Shown here one piece after another: positions 38,720 to 52,489 of a stretch of DNA of 64,000 nt (position 1 is its first letter; the number at the start of each line of letters is the position of its first letter). The notes beneath the pieces are model-generated. The model saw only the letters and a program-made list of their open reading frames with translations. It was not told the origin of the DNA and did not search any database. Both the position numbers and the translations under genes were made by a program. Source of the stretch: Camelus ferus (Eukaryota); NCBI RefSeq assembly GCF_009834535.1, contig NC_045696.1, positions 8,124,001 through 8,188,000 on the forward strand, written 5' to 3'.

Positions 38720-40530
38720 ACATGGTCCTAAATAAATGGGGAGACATTCTGTGTTTACGGATTAAAAGACATAATATTGTTAACATGGTAAGACTTCCCA
38801 AAGCCATCTACAGAGTAAGGCAATCCCTTTCAAAATCCCACTTGGCTTTTGCAGAAATTGAAAAGCTGATCCTAAAATTCAAATGGAATTTCAAGGAATC
38901 CAGAACAATTCTGAAAGAGAACAACAAAGTTGAAAGACTCTCACTTCCTCGTATCAAAACTTACTACAAAGCTACAATAATCAAAACGTGTGATACTGGC
39001 ATAAAGATAAGCACATAGTTCACTGGGAAAAAAAATGAAAGTCCAGAAGTAAACCCATTTCTCTATGGTCAACTGACTTTCAACAAGAGTTCCAAGACCC
39101 TTGAAAATAACTGTCTCTTCAACAGATGGCTTTTCACATGTGGAACAACGGGATTTCCACGTGCAAAAGAATGAAGTTGGAGCCACACCTCACACCATGT
39201 GAAAAAATTAACTCAGAATGACATTGTGTTGTACGCTAGAAATTGACACATTGTAACTGACGGTACTTCAATTAAAAAAAAATTAGAATGGATCAAAGAC
39301 CTAAACGTAAGAGCTAAAGCTATAAAACTCTTAGAAGAAAACACAGGGGTAAATCTTTATGATCTTGGATTTGGCAATGGTTTCTTGGCTATGCACCAAA
39401 AGCACAAGCAACAAAAGAAAAAACAGACAAATTGAACTTCATCAAAATTAAAAATTGTGAGTATCAAAGGACACTATCAAAAAAGTGAAAAGCCAACCCA
39501 AAGACTGGGGAAAAAAATATGTGCCCAATATATATACAATAAGGGGCCAGTATCCAGAATATATAAGGAACTCTTACAAATCAACAATAAAAAGACAAAC
39601 AACATGGTGAAAAAACGGACATAGTACTTGAATAGAAGTTTCTCCAAGGAGGATATACAAATGGCCAATAAGCAAATGGAAAGATGCTCAAAATTTTAGT
39701 CATTAGGGAAATAAAAATCAAAACCATGAGACACCATTGCATACCCACTAAGAGGGCTATCAGCAAAAAAACCCTGAAAAAAGTGTTTTTTAATAAGTAA
39801 TATGAGTTTAATTACTCTAGAAACAACCTCCACAATAATGCCTGAACCTAGAAGGTACATAAAAACAACCACAAATATTTTTTATGGTTAAAATATGGTT
39901 TTTAATTGTTAAAATAATGTTATCAAGGATTAGAAGAAATCAGAACCCTCATATACTGCTGGTGGGCATGCACAGCGGGGCAGCCACTGAGGAAGACAGT
40001 TTGGTGGTTCCTCAGTAAGTTCAATGCAGAATTACCGTATGACTGAGTAACTCCACTCCTATGTATATACCCAGAAGAAATGAAGACGGGTGTTCAAAGA
40101 AGAACTCGTCCACAAATGTTCATACAGTACTATTCAGCAAGAGCCAAACTGTAGAAACTCAATGGATAAACAAAATGTGGCCCAGTCACACGATGGAACA
40201 TTATTCAGCCATAAAAAGCAATGAAATACTGACACACATAACAACACGATGAACCCTGCAAACACGCTAAATGAAAGAAGCCAGACACAAGAGGCCATGT
40301 TATTGTACGATTTCTTTTATATGAAATATCTGTAGACATGGAAAATAGATTAGTGGTTGCCAGGGGCTGGGGAAGGGGAGGGCTGGCGGGGGTTTCCTTT
40401 TGGAGGGGGTGAAAATGTTCTGGAACTAGACCGGGGTGATGGCTGCACAACAGCATGAACGAACAAGAAGCCACTTTACTGTATACTTAAAGATGGTTGA
40501 ATGGTTGCATGAATTTTAACTCAAGAGCAA
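38720..40530 (+). mobile_element. Old L1 (L1MB-like) ORF2 3' region and 3'UTR
   Basis: Degenerate ORF2 peptides (LPKAIYR...AEIEKLILKFKWNFK...YYKATIIKT); 3'UTR gattagtggttgccaggggctggg...gttctggaactaga. Confidence 0.85.
39221..39284 (+). mobile_element. Very short L1 3'-terminal insertion nested in the older L1
   Basis: gaaattgacacattgtaactgacggtacttcaattaaaaaaaaa flanked by AGAATG direct repeats (39215-39220, 39285-39290). Confidence 0.7.
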
Positions 40531-41814
40531 AAAACTAAATACACTCGCCCCAAAAAAGGATGCTGTTTTTAGATTCCAGGAGAGTCAAATAGTAATTATT
40601 GACACAGTTAGAAAAACCTGAATATGCCCAAATCCCACACCAGGGCTCCTTGTTTTCCCCTAAAAAAGCAACCCACCTTCATGCAAGACAGTGAATGTCA
40701 GCTAGAAAAATCCTGAGTTACAGCCCTACAACCAAAGCACTCTCAAACTCTTATCTGCTGTTTTATTACAGGTCTCCCTCCCTGCCAGCACCAGCCACGA
40801 TGCTCCCGTGTTGTAAATCCACCTTGCAGAGACCAGTGCAGTTTCCCAGCCACAACCTGTAATAACTGCCTGTCTCCACTGTGCCATCTGTGAGCGCTGA
40901 CAGCTGCCTTCTGGCAGTTGGTGCTGGAAGGCTGCCCAGACGCTGTCCCCGTGGTCAGGCCACTAGCATTCTAACTCCTCCCCCACCCCCCCGTTCCTTA
41001 AAAAGGTAAAAAGACAAATTCCTTCTCTTTAGCAAGGTTTGTTCGAGTCCCCTGGTGTGTGTGCACTGGGGAGTGGGGACCTCCCAGAGTAGGATGGGCA
41101 TCTCCCAGCTTCCATATGGCACTCAGGCTCACAGGTGTCAGGTGTCACAGCTGGGAGCCCTGGCCACACAGCAATGGGGAGCCAGGCACAGCCTCTCCAA
41201 GCCCAGATATCTGCTTCCTACAGGACACAGTGGTCACCCTCCTTTTGGGCAGGATGGGAAAATACAGTGGTCCCATCCCTAGAACACAAGGTCAAGCCCA
41301 CATGCAACCAATTCTGGTCTTCCTAGACCTGCCCCGCCCCATTTTCCCCTGTCCAAACACACACAACTTCTGGGCAGATTTCAGTACTTATTTCATCCTT
41401 TATTCTAGGAGTTACCAGTTGGCACTAAAATGGTGAAAAAAAGTAGACCGGGTAAGAAAAAGTCATAAAAATCCTAAGCACTACACAGAATGATTCATCT
41501 TTGCATAACTGCACAGTTTAAAAACTTATTACCTTGTTTAGACCTAAATATTGTTGAGAAAAAGGCTGTTCGGCTCTTCTACTGGCTGTACCCACACTGT
41601 ACTTCTGTGCTTAGGGAAAAAGAGCTGGAAGGAGATACGGACGCTGACTGGTTAACAGTGGGTAACTCTGGGCGACAGAGTTACAGGTGTTTCCTCTTAT
41701 CTGATGGCTGTAATCAGCATGTAGTGTAATATGAAAAAGACACGTCCTTGAAGTAATAAAAGGGCAGCTGTGTCCCCGCCCCCACACAATCCCAATGCTC
41801 CCAGCCCCACATAC

Positions 41815-41952
41815 CTTGTTGAGCTTGCCCAGGGAGGAGATGAGATCTGCCCACTCACTTGAGGACTCAAAATTTCTTAAGGCCTTTTCAATCACTGAAG
41901 AGTAATTTCTGTATCTGTAATCATTCAATAGTTCCTGCTCTTCTGGCTCCAT
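41815..41952 (-). CDS. DOP1B: DOP1B first coding exon (exon 2 = 41979-41815, including 27 nt of 5'UTR)
   Basis: ATG at 41952; [46 protein letters not shown]|gtatgt; acceptor ttcccttttag at 41981-41980. Confidence 0.97.
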
Positions 41953-43227
41953 CTTACATTCTTGCAGCAGAGAAGGTACCTAAAAGGGAATCAAAGAATA
42001 AACAAATGAGGCAGCTCTTCAAGGATGAGACGCGTCCCCAGCCCAGAGCGCCAGAGGACACGCGTCCACAAACACGATTGTGCACAAGCTCGCTGGGCAG
42101 TCCAACTCAAATATTTAGCAAGGCTTCTGAGCCAGGAGCTAGGGGAGATAAAAGATAAACAGTTCCGGACCTCCTGGACTCGGAGGGAGATAAATGCACG
42201 GAGTAGAAAGAAGTGAAATGCTAGGGTCCCACTTAATGGACAAAATGCACTTGAGAAGCAAAATTCACAAAGTGGCTAACTGCAAGTTGCTGCCAACTGG
42301 TAATTCTGAACGCAGATGGTCCCTCTCAGTGTAGGGCATTTACAAAACCTAAAGAGAAGCAGATCTGTGGTTCCTAACTGAACAGTCTGGTTAGCAATCC
42401 AGGCCTCTACAACCAGACTTGGATAGAGGGTTGGAAATATCCTACAAGAAAGTCATGTGGGGAAAAAACAGCTAAAGAACATAAGGATGTAAGAGCGAAG
42501 TGCCTGACAGCAGTGCTGGCAGAAATCCACCACATGCCTGTTCATTTCCTAAGCGCCAATTACCTGTCGAGCCCCGGACAGGGTGCTGCCCCGACAGCTC
42601 TGGGCCTCCTCCGGGTGCAGCGTCTGGATGGAGGTTACACCTGCTGTTATACCAGGGCCCAAGCAGTCATCTTTTTATTCTTGCCCGTGTATATGCTTTG
42701 ATGGATTCTTTTACTTTTTTCTGTGGCTAGATGCATTCATTATATATGAACCACTGCAGCTGCTGCAAAGCCTGGGACACAGACCTGCGTGATCCCAATG
42801 CCAACAGCAACCATTTCCCTTCGTCTTCTTTTCATCCCCAATATGACAAAAGGAAACAAAGAACATCATGAGATGCTGCACTGATCTGGGTTTTTGAAAA
42901 CATCCATCATTTTTACATTTTAACATATAGAAATGCATGCTTAAGTTCTGTTTTCACTCCTTCAATTAAAAAAAAAAATCTGAAGGTCAACCCATCAGTC
43001 TATTCAAACAAGTTACAGCTCTGAAAAGTACTTCACAAGACATGGAAGTGTTCAATCACTCCCTGGACTTGTCACCAAGCTCCATATGCCAAAGTTTTCT
43101 CAAAAGTGATACCTGAGGGTTCCCGCCTGCCTCCCTTCTTTAGGTTTCACCTGATTAAGATCTATTTAAAGAGTGACAGGCACCTCCCCCAAACTCCTTG
43201 TCCCCCTTCTCCACACTAAGGGAACCC

Positions 43228-43615
43228 TCAGTTTGCTCGGGCAGCACTATGGTTCCCAGCCTCCCTGCAGCCAGGTGGCCGTGTGACAGCTCTGGGCAAT
43301 GAGACGCCCACAGAAGCTGGTGGTGGAGACTCCTCTGGCCTTTTGTCGTTCACCCTTCCCCTTCTCTCTGCCTGGAACAAAGGTATGATGTTGGAACTGA
43401 AGCCACATCTTTCAACCAAGAGGGAAGAGCCATCTTTAGCACATGACTTCTGTATGGAAGGGGAAGGACTGAGCAGCTGAGGGCCCAGAAGGCACCAGAC
43501 CAATGCTGGACGCTTTGCCTCTGGACTTAACTGTTTTCTGCACAGAAGAGCTCATTTGTTCTACCCTTCAGTCGAGTTTTCTGGTGTTCACAACCAAACA
43601 CAATCCTGATCGATT
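43228..43615 (+). mobile_element. Old MaLR/ERVL LTR relic
   Basis: ttcccagcctccctgcagccaggtggccgtgtgac...ctgggcaatgag...ttctctctgcctggaac...gcctctggact. Confidence 0.5.
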
Positions 43616-44334
43616 TATGAGCCTAAGTAATATTTCACTAGCACACAGTCTGAGAGAGAGACATGGAACAATGGTGATCTGATTAAATCCATGGAGCTGC
43701 GGCTAGTTTGCTAACCAAGCTGCATGTTGTCAGGCAAATGAAAAGGCAAACATCACAGACAGAACGAACTGAACTGCAGGTACAATGTGTCCTTCAAGCC
43801 TGACTCCTTCACAGATGGACCTGGGGCAGTTGCAGGGCTCCCATGGTACCTCCTACTTCGCTTTCCATTGCTCTGGGCACGCTCCAGTCTTCTCAAGGCC
43901 AACACGACTTTCAAGTCGCCAACGTCAGTGGACTCTTGTTTCCTCATTCACCTCTCAGGAGGGCTGTGCATCAGACCACTTCCTCCTTCTCCAAACAGCC
44001 TCCTTTGAGCCCACACTCCTCCAGGCCGCTGGCCCCATGCTGGTCCCCTCCCACCCCTCCGCTGTGCGGTCCCATCTGCAGGCTCACCGTCAGCTACCTG
44101 ACTGCCCAACACTCCCAGACACCAAGCTTGGGCCCTCTTTCTCTCTCCACCCTCAGTGATTTCTCCACTCCTTTCACTTACAAATACCATCTTTCTGCCA
44201 ATGACCCACAGATTTATAACCACCCAAAGTGCCCCATCCAGGGCCCAAATTCATGTAAATGGCCCCTTGACTTCTTCATCTGGAAATGGCACAAGTGTTT
44301 GAAATTTGGCACGTCCCAAACTAGACTCCCCGGT

Positions 44335-44750
44335 GTCCATCAACAAAATGCAGTCTGACCATACGACGACACACTATTCAGCTATGAAGATGAATGAGGA
44401 CTGAAACCTGCGACAGTGTGGATGAAGCTGGAAAGTACAAGCTCAGTGGAAGCAGCCAGCCCTAACAGGCCGCGTACTGTATGATGACGTTTATACTAAA
44501 TGCCCAGAACAGGCAAACCTATAGAGATGACAGGTGGGTTAGCTAGTGGTTGCCTAGGGTGGGGAGGGGGTCATGGGGTAGCTGCAAGGGGGCACAAGGG
44601 ATCTTTCGGAGGGGGTGATAGAAATGTGCTAACACTAGATTATGGTGATGGCTGCACATCTCTATAAATTTACTAAAAATCACTGAACTGTATACTTAAA
44701 TGAATGGATTTTATGGTTGGTAAATTGTACCTCAACAACACTTTTTAAAA
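44335..44750 (+). mobile_element. Old L1M 3'UTR fragment inserted in an L2 relic
   Basis: actattcagctatgaag...gcaaacctatagaga...gtggttgcctaggg...ggtgatggctgcaca...aaaatcactgaactgtatacttaaa. Confidence 0.7.
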
Positions 44751-47019
44751 AACCCTCCACTCTCGATTCTATCTGTGCAACATGCTCCCTTTCTGGTCCT
44801 CCTTTCCTCAGAAAGTGGCCCTCCTACCTATGGGGCCTTTGACATCCTCCTCCTCTTCACCTGCCACACTCAACCCAAGTCCTGTTGGCTCTTCTTCCAA
44901 AATACCCATGGATTCGCCTGCTCCCCATCTCCTCTGTGCAAGCCATCTTTCTCCCACAAGCTTGCAGAAGCTTCCTAAGGGTCCTCCTTCACTCTCCCCC
45001 CAACACAAAGTACCTTCACCCAGCGCTCCAAGTCCCCACCACGCTTACACTCCTCCCACTGCGCTTACAATCAGCCTACACTCCCTCCTCCCCCACAGCC
45101 CACTCTGGGGCCTACAAGGCTCCACCTGCCTCTCTCCTCAAGGCACTCTGCTTGCTTAAGATGGACTCATCCTGCCGCAGAGCCTCCGCACACGAAGGGC
45201 CTCTCTGCAAACACATACATACTGTACTGTGCATACGCACCCACACAGTATGACTGTCTGCTCATTTGTGGAAAAGTCTTCCCTTTTTCTGAAATAACAG
45301 CCTTCATACCTTGAAAATATTAAGTATGGTAATGAGAGGGGTGGTTTCTTTTATCAAGTAAAGACATACGAATTTAGGACATTCCAACATGTCCATAAGT
45401 TCTTTTTTTTTTTTTTTTTCAATTCCAGGTAATACACAAGTCTGAAATTCTGTGTGTCCAAACCACTGCAATACTCCATGGAGCCTGTCCACTGTATTAG
45501 GTGTCTCAGCACTGGGGAAAGAAACATGAACAAGGCAGGGTTCCACGCTCACAGCTCAGAGCCTAATAAAAGAGGAAATACCTAAACACATCATTTCAGT
45601 TTCACAGGGCACACACAGTGACAGAGGGTGGGCTGACATAACAGAGGGACACTGGCAAGGCGAGGGAGGAGGCCCAGCTAACACCAGAGACATCCTCAAA
45701 GTCCACAGGTGTGGGCACTTGTTAGCAGGAAGAGAGCCTCATCGGCAATAACCCGTGTGCTCAGGAGGCGGGGTAGCAGAGGGGCACCACTGCTAGTGGC
45801 AACGAAGGCGTCAGCCAGGTAAGAGCAGGTAACTGGAGCAGTTCAGTGTTACCCGAGGCGCTAAGAACTACAGTACTATTCGATGTAACTAACAGCACAG
45901 GTGAGAAGTTTGGAAATAGGCATTCAAGCAAGCTCTTTTATTTCAAAATACAGCACTTGATACTGTGCTATGAAGCAAGTCTTCCGGATTTATGCATGTA
46001 TTTCTCTCAGGCAACACACAGGAGTCAGAAGAGATGGGTATCATCAGCTTTCAGATGAGGATACTGGGGAATCAGACCCTCCAGAAAACTGCTGGGTTCA
46101 CACAGCAAACGACTGACAGAATGAGGAATCCAGCTCAGGCCAGCCAGATGCCACAGAGCCTCTACCACATTATGCTACAGGTGGAATTAACAGCGTGGCC
46201 CTTGAAGAGCTCTTTTGACAATGATTTTGCAATCTACTCTGGATGCCTTTTCTATGAGAGACTCAACCTCCCACTCAAACTGGGCTCTACAGCCTGCTAC
46301 CAATTAGTTACACATGGAAGCAGTCATATCAACAAGCATACTGGACCAGACGTGACCGCCTGAAGATGGAAAATGTCACCAGGAAGAGTCTCACCTTAAC
46401 CATTCTTAATTTTTTTAGAAAAACAAGGTTAAGCGAAAAGCCAACCAGCCAGATGCACAAGAAGTTAATTTTAGAGATGTTTACACGAAGGAATGTTTCT
46501 GAGTTAGATGAAAACGGAGACCAGTGAACAATGTCAAACAGCCACCCTCCTATGAGTGAGAACACTTATCAATAGGTAATAATGATCCTTAGTCCACAGC
46601 ACAGAAACACTCGTCTGCAATCAGTTTCATCAACTCTAGGGCACATTATTTTGAATCGGGTTGTTCAGAGTAGTAATTAAAATGCAGTTGAAAAAAAATG
46701 TAAGACATCAATTGGTGCAGGCTTTAGGGGGAGAGGAGACCTCCACTGCCTTACCAAAATCTTTCCCAGGTCAGGGAAACCCCTGCGGTAACAGTCCCCA
46801 CAAGCAGCCGCACTGTGAGTTGCTAAAGGACCATCCAGGGTAGCAGCAGCCGGCAATCCTGCAAGACGCAGGGGCCAGGCGGGCAGAGAGCATACTGCGG
46901 CTCGGATCCCTTCTCCTGGGGACAATCTGGAAGACTTGCGGGGTCTTCTCTTAGCAGGAAAGCCTTCATCTTATAAAGGTCTGGATCCATAGCCCTGCTT
47001 CCCGAATAAGACCGTGGTC

Positions 47020-47960
47020 AAACAAAGCCGCATCTTCGGCATCTGCCGAAGGAGGTGAGGGGAGGGCGGGCCGTGACCCACCTGACCTCCACCTGCCGGA
47101 CGCGAGGCCGCGCGGAGTCCGGCCGCTCTTTCTTCGCCGCGAGGAGCCGGGGGAAGTGGGAGGGGACCCTGCTCAGCAACCGGGGCCGCCCCTTGGGGGT
47201 CCCGGGCCGGAGCACACGCCCACTCGCGGCCTCCCTGGGGCCTCCCCCGCACTGCAGCAGCGAGCGCCGCGGGCCCAGGCGGCGCTTGGAGGAGGCACCT
47301 GCACCCCGGAGCCGTCCCACGGCACCGCCCGAACCCTGTGCACCCGGGGAGGATGCCCCCGCCGCTCGCGGGCCCGCGGGAGGAGACGCCCCGGCTCCCT
47401 CGGCTTCGCTTGGTGACTGAGGGCGCGGGCCTGACTTACCGGCGGAGAAGGCCTTTCTCGGCGGCGCGCCCACGGGAAGCGCGGAGGAGCCGATCTGGAC
47501 GCGACGGGTAGAGTGGTCGGGAGCTGCGGCACGGGCGAGAGCTGGGACCGCGGAAGAAGAGCCCCGCCCGAGCCCCAGCGGCCGCGGCTCCAGGACACTG
47601 GGCGGGCCGGGAGGCGGGCCTTCGGCGAGTGGGGGCGGGGACAGGGCGGCTCCGCAGTGCCTGGGGCGGGACCGAGGGCGGGCCCTAGGAGGGAGGGGCC
47701 GGGAGGAGGGCCCTCGGCGCATGGGGGCGGGGCCAAGGGCGAGCCCTCGCTGCGTGGGGTTGGGCCGAGGGCGGGACCTAGGAGGGCGGGGCCGGGAGGC
47801 GGGTCCTCGGCGCGCTGGGGCGGATCCTGGGCGCCGACTGCCGAGTGCCCCGGTCGCACCCTAAAGTCTTTCGCAGCTTCCCGGTGGTAGGAGTCGCTTT
47901 CAGCCTGAGCACCTAGCTCCCGTCCTCGCCGCAGGTCTGCTCTTGGGCGGGCCTCGCACA
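47020..47960. promoter_or_regulatory. CpG island / TATA-less promoter of DOP1B with many Sp1 GC boxes
   Basis: Very high GC and CpG density; repeated GGGCGG / GGGGCGGGG between 47630 and 47825; upstream of the first coding exon. Confidence 0.9.
47440..47600 (-). other. DOP1B: Putative non-coding exon 1 of DOP1B (5' end approximate)
   Basis: Strong donor CCG|GTAAGT at 47440/47439 just downstream of the GC boxes; no ATG in this stretch. Confidence 0.7.
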
Positions 47961-50224
47961 GGTGGGAGGGTTGTTTCGCCCCTCATCTAGGCCTTCCCAG
48001 ACACACCCAAATGAAAGGGGACATCGGTCACTCAACCAGCTGGCCCAAGGAGGGTTTGGAGTTACAGACGAGGAGATTCGTTGGACCCAAGAAAGGTGCG
48101 GCCCATGGCACATGACCGTCGGGACCACACCCAAACCTTTGGGGAGGAAGCAGAATGAACCCTTCCATACACACTCAGGCCGCAGGAGGTTTGGAGACCC
48201 TGAATAAGGTGCCCCTTCCCCACAGGCCGCGCTTTTCTGACCCTCGGCATCAGAAGAGTTGAGGTAATTAATTCCTGGAATGAGCTTCTTTATGTAGGCT
48301 CTGGCTCAGAAAGGAGACCTCCCATCAAGTCTAAAGAGCATGAATATTTCCAGATAAACTCTAATTGCTTCCTGTCATCCTTGGGAGCCTTTGGGCCTGG
48401 ACAGTCCAGACCCACCCAACCTGGCCTGACAGCTGCAGAGCAAAAACAGCCTTGATGACGAGACTCAGGCAAAGGTCACCTGAGCATCCTGACTGCACCA
48501 GCTAGGGCTCCCAGCCAACCAGACCAGTGCCACCTGTTGGCTGAAGGTGTGGTTTCTGTAGAGGCCTCTAGCAGTTTAGCCCCTCATGGGTCCTTAGGAA
48601 TCTTCAGATCTAGTCTGGGGATCATGAATGCTCGACCATCCATGAAAGAGTTCTGGGGAGGGGGGAGTTGGGCGGGGGGGTGGGTCCATGAACACTTTGA
48701 AATTGTGTAAAATACTTTGCGTATATGTATGCTTCTGAAGAAACAGTATAGAGTTTGTATCAGATACCCAAGGGGATCTATTACCTCCTCCCAAACACCA
48801 AGAATATTTTAACAGTTTGGGATGCTGGACCTCTTGCCCGGCGAGGCTTCTTATTCTGATTCCATCTCCATCTATTTGGCATACACCATGTGTCCCAGAT
48901 GTAAATCCTCTAATAGTCAATTCTAGGAATGGTCTTAAAGTGGAAACAGGAACACTAAAGGATTGAGCATTTAGCAAGAAAAAGAGTTAATTTCATGAAA
49001 ATTGATTTCCTAATGAAGATATGATAAAGTCTGTTTATACAAAACTGAAGTTGACAAACCAGGTGATTTCTTTTTTTTTTCCCCACGTTCCTCAAATCCT
49101 AGCCACACTCCACTGAACTAATAGAGATAACAGAACTGTTTAATACCCACCATCAACAAGAGAGAGAATCAGCCTGTCTGTACAAAACCACCATGTACAG
49201 CTCTTTTCCTAATGCATTTAGATAAAATAATACACGTGCTTTGTAGTTAGGTCACCTAGCTCTAAAGAATGCCAGGTGTGTGGGAGGTTAATTTAAATTA
49301 ACTTTGACAAATAAGGGTAGTGTAAACCCTTAGAACAACTCCACTTATAATCATGATTGACCATAGAGCACTAAGATTTGAAAGCTTGTTCTTGAAAGCA
49401 ATCTGTTTACTTGGGTCAAGTTGTCTTGTTACCCTTGATCTACTGGCCTATGTTCATCTGTTGAAGACATAGAGTAGGTTCCTTGCATAATGACACTCAA
49501 ACTAATTAGGGTGCTTCAGGTTTGATTTCAATCAGAACTTTACCCCCTTGGACAATAAAGAAGGTATTTTAAGTCAGAGGAAACCACGTTCTCTGGCTCA
49601 GGCCGGCCCACCTACTAGGGAGATTGGCCAGGTGAGCGCGTTCTGAGTTTCCACGGGTAGATGTCAGTGACCCTGTAAGCCCATCTCTCTCCACCCACCT
49701 GGCGGGAAGCCTCGCCTAGTTCTGTGGTTGATGCTGTGCCCACTTTGTAGTTGACTTGCAGTAACAAGTAAGCCTTTGTCAGGATCGCTGTTATCACCTG
49801 TTTCATCTCCACTGTGTCACCGTTCAGGTTCTTGTCCCAATTCTTGTTGTGGTTCAGTAGGTGAGGGAGAAGTCTAAGGGTCAGGTCTGAAGCTGATCCT
49901 GTGTTTGGGTTTCCTACACGTGTGTCAACCTAGAAAATTGTTATCACAGAGAAGCTCCATTTGGTGCCTAAAAAACATGTTCTATGAACTAATCCATTTA
50001 AAATGTACCACTTGAAAACCGTATTTCATTCATCTACTTTATGGAAAAGTTCACCCAGAGGCTGATTTGGGGATCTAATAACCATATGGTTACAAATCCC
50101 TTAGATTCGTTGTATCATCTTCCTTAATTTTTCCACCAAGGAAGTTGCCTGTGGTCTTTAGACTCGTAACAGTGAAGCTGGACGTCCCAAGCACTAGGCA
50201 CCCAGGAATTTTGTGATCATACAG

Positions 50225-50420
50225 TCCGGGACACAATCCTGACTCTTGCCTCTTAGCTGTGCGATACTGTGTAAGTTAATCAACCTCTCCAGCCTTTATT
50301 TCCTAGTTTGTAAAATGACATTAATACCTACCTCAAAGGATGGTTGTGAGAATTATGTAAAACAATGTCGGCAAAGTACTAAGCATGGCATCCAGGCCCA
50401 GTATGCCCTGGGTTCTCAAT
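50225..50420 (+). mobile_element. MIR SINE relic
   Basis: aatcctgactcttgcctcttagctgtgcga...gtaaaatgacattaatacctacctcaaaggatggttgtgagaatt. Confidence 0.75.
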
Positions 50421-52489
50421 TCATGATGCTTTTTCTTTCTAATTCCAAGCCTAATTATTTTTTTCCTCTACAGCATACCATAGAAATGTCTTCATGCACT
50501 TCTGTTAGTTAGATTCCTTTTGGTTGTAAGCAGCAACAAGCCACTTCTAACTAGCTTAAGGAAAAGGGAGATTTCTTTTAAGGATATAAGGGTATCTTGG
50601 AGCATCTCTTAGAATCCAGGTTCACAGGGATGGTCTGAGGCCAGGGAATGGATGCCGCGGTGGGGAGGGGAGCTGTCTCCCTTTGGGCCACTCTGTAACT
50701 GGTTCTCTTGAGAGTCGATTGCCTCCATCACTGGCTATGCGTGGCTCCCTCTGCACCTTAGACCACGTAGGGTGGGGCATGGCCACTCACAGGAGCAGCT
50801 CTGAGCTTTCCCTGATCCAGTCCAGCTGGTCCTGCTGTTCAGAGGAAGGGTCCACAGCTGGAACAGTCAACAGAGGACAAAGTCACCTTGCGGCTGCCAC
50901 AGCTGCAAACATGGGAAAGAAGCTGGGGGGAAAGGGGCCAGGAGATAATTCTTGGGAAAAGGGTGCTGAGCAGACCGTCCAGTAAGGGCCCCCCTATGAC
51001 CTTTCCATAAAAATGAGAAATGCTGTTCCAATCAGCAGCTTACAATGAAGGGTCTTCTAAGTGGGGTAGTTGCTGATCCAAAAATGTCAAGGTGGGAAAC
51101 GGCTAGAGACAAAAACAGGAGAAGAAACGAAAGGGATGAGCCTGTTTACCCGTACACTTCCTGTCTGTGTCTCCATCAGGCAGAGCCTGAAAGTGCCCCC
51201 CGGTCCCCGTGCTTCTGCCCGTCCCTGGCGGGAGGCGGGAGGCTGGGGGCTGGTGGCAGAGGAAGTCGAGAGTATGAAAGGTCTTCAGGAGACATCGAAA
51301 GCCATTGAAATGCTTTTAGAGCTGAACAAGAAGTCATGAATATGTCTTAGGAGCTGTGGTCTGAGACAAACGTGAGCGCATGGGGGCGTTCATCAAGCAA
51401 TGTTGGGAGACGGCTAAAGGAAGTGAAATGCAGTCTGGATGGGATTCAGACTTCCCCCAAAGTGGACGGAAAAGTGTGAGGGCTGGGAGAGCTAGACTGA
51501 CACTTCACCGTGCTGCCATCACAAGTCAGAGTCAAGAAATGTAAATACCTCCCACCCTGTGGTAGACCAGAAATACCAGTGTCACCTGTGTCGTCCTGCC
51601 TACCAAAATGAAGCCTTGAGCATTTCCATACTTTACTGATCCCCAAATGGAAAACAGCATTGTCCCTTATTTCTACAGTGCTGTTGTCATGAGATTCAAT
51701 GTGACCTTTGAGGTCATAATCAAATGACAAAGTTGCTCTCTCCTACTGAACAGCCCATCGCAAACTGGGTAAATCTGTGACATCTTTCATTTGTATTTTG
51801 CCCATTGTGCACCTGTCGTATTTTTGTTGTTTGGCTAGCCATACCTTCTGGAGTCTTGAATCCCTTGCAGACTTTCCTTGCAAGTATATTTCTTCTCTTT
51901 CATAAGGTCCTCTGGTCTCCAAGTCTTCTTTTTTTTTCTACAGGGTATAACCAGAACCCAGGAGGCTGGTTGCAAAACCCATCCCATTTGAAAGCAGTGA
52001 GCATGGAGTTGCCTGTTGTCAGAGGGACTACAAAAGGGGCTCAGGGAGGCATCTGAAAAGATCACCGTGGGCTGTAGCTCAGAGGGGAGCGGAAACAGGT
52101 TAAGGAGAGAACACGCATGAGTCAGAGCAAGGAGATGGCCTGGACAAAGTTGCCCTCCTCGCACGAACAAGATGAAAAGAGTGGCAGGGCAATCTCGCAG
52201 ACATTCTGGAAGGCAAAACCCAAATGCCCATTATGGAAGAAATCATATCCCCACAAAATAAGGACATTCCTCCTTTAAGAGTGCTTCAAGCTATACAACC
52301 TCATAAGTGTAAGAACCATTTTAAATGTACTCAAATATGATAAAACAGAATGAGACATAAAGCAGGCTCACAGAGCTAAGGAAACAGAGAATCACTTGTT
52401 GTTTTTACCGAGTTGACAACCTAGAAACAGCAAGGGACAGCTGGAAAAGGGCTGGGACGTGCTCCCCAGCCCTGAGACCTCTCACTAGA

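Noticed and set aside
46971..47890. Long Pro/Arg/Gly/Ala-rich ORFs (up to 234 aa)
   Set aside because: Typical CpG-island artefacts with no recognisable domains.
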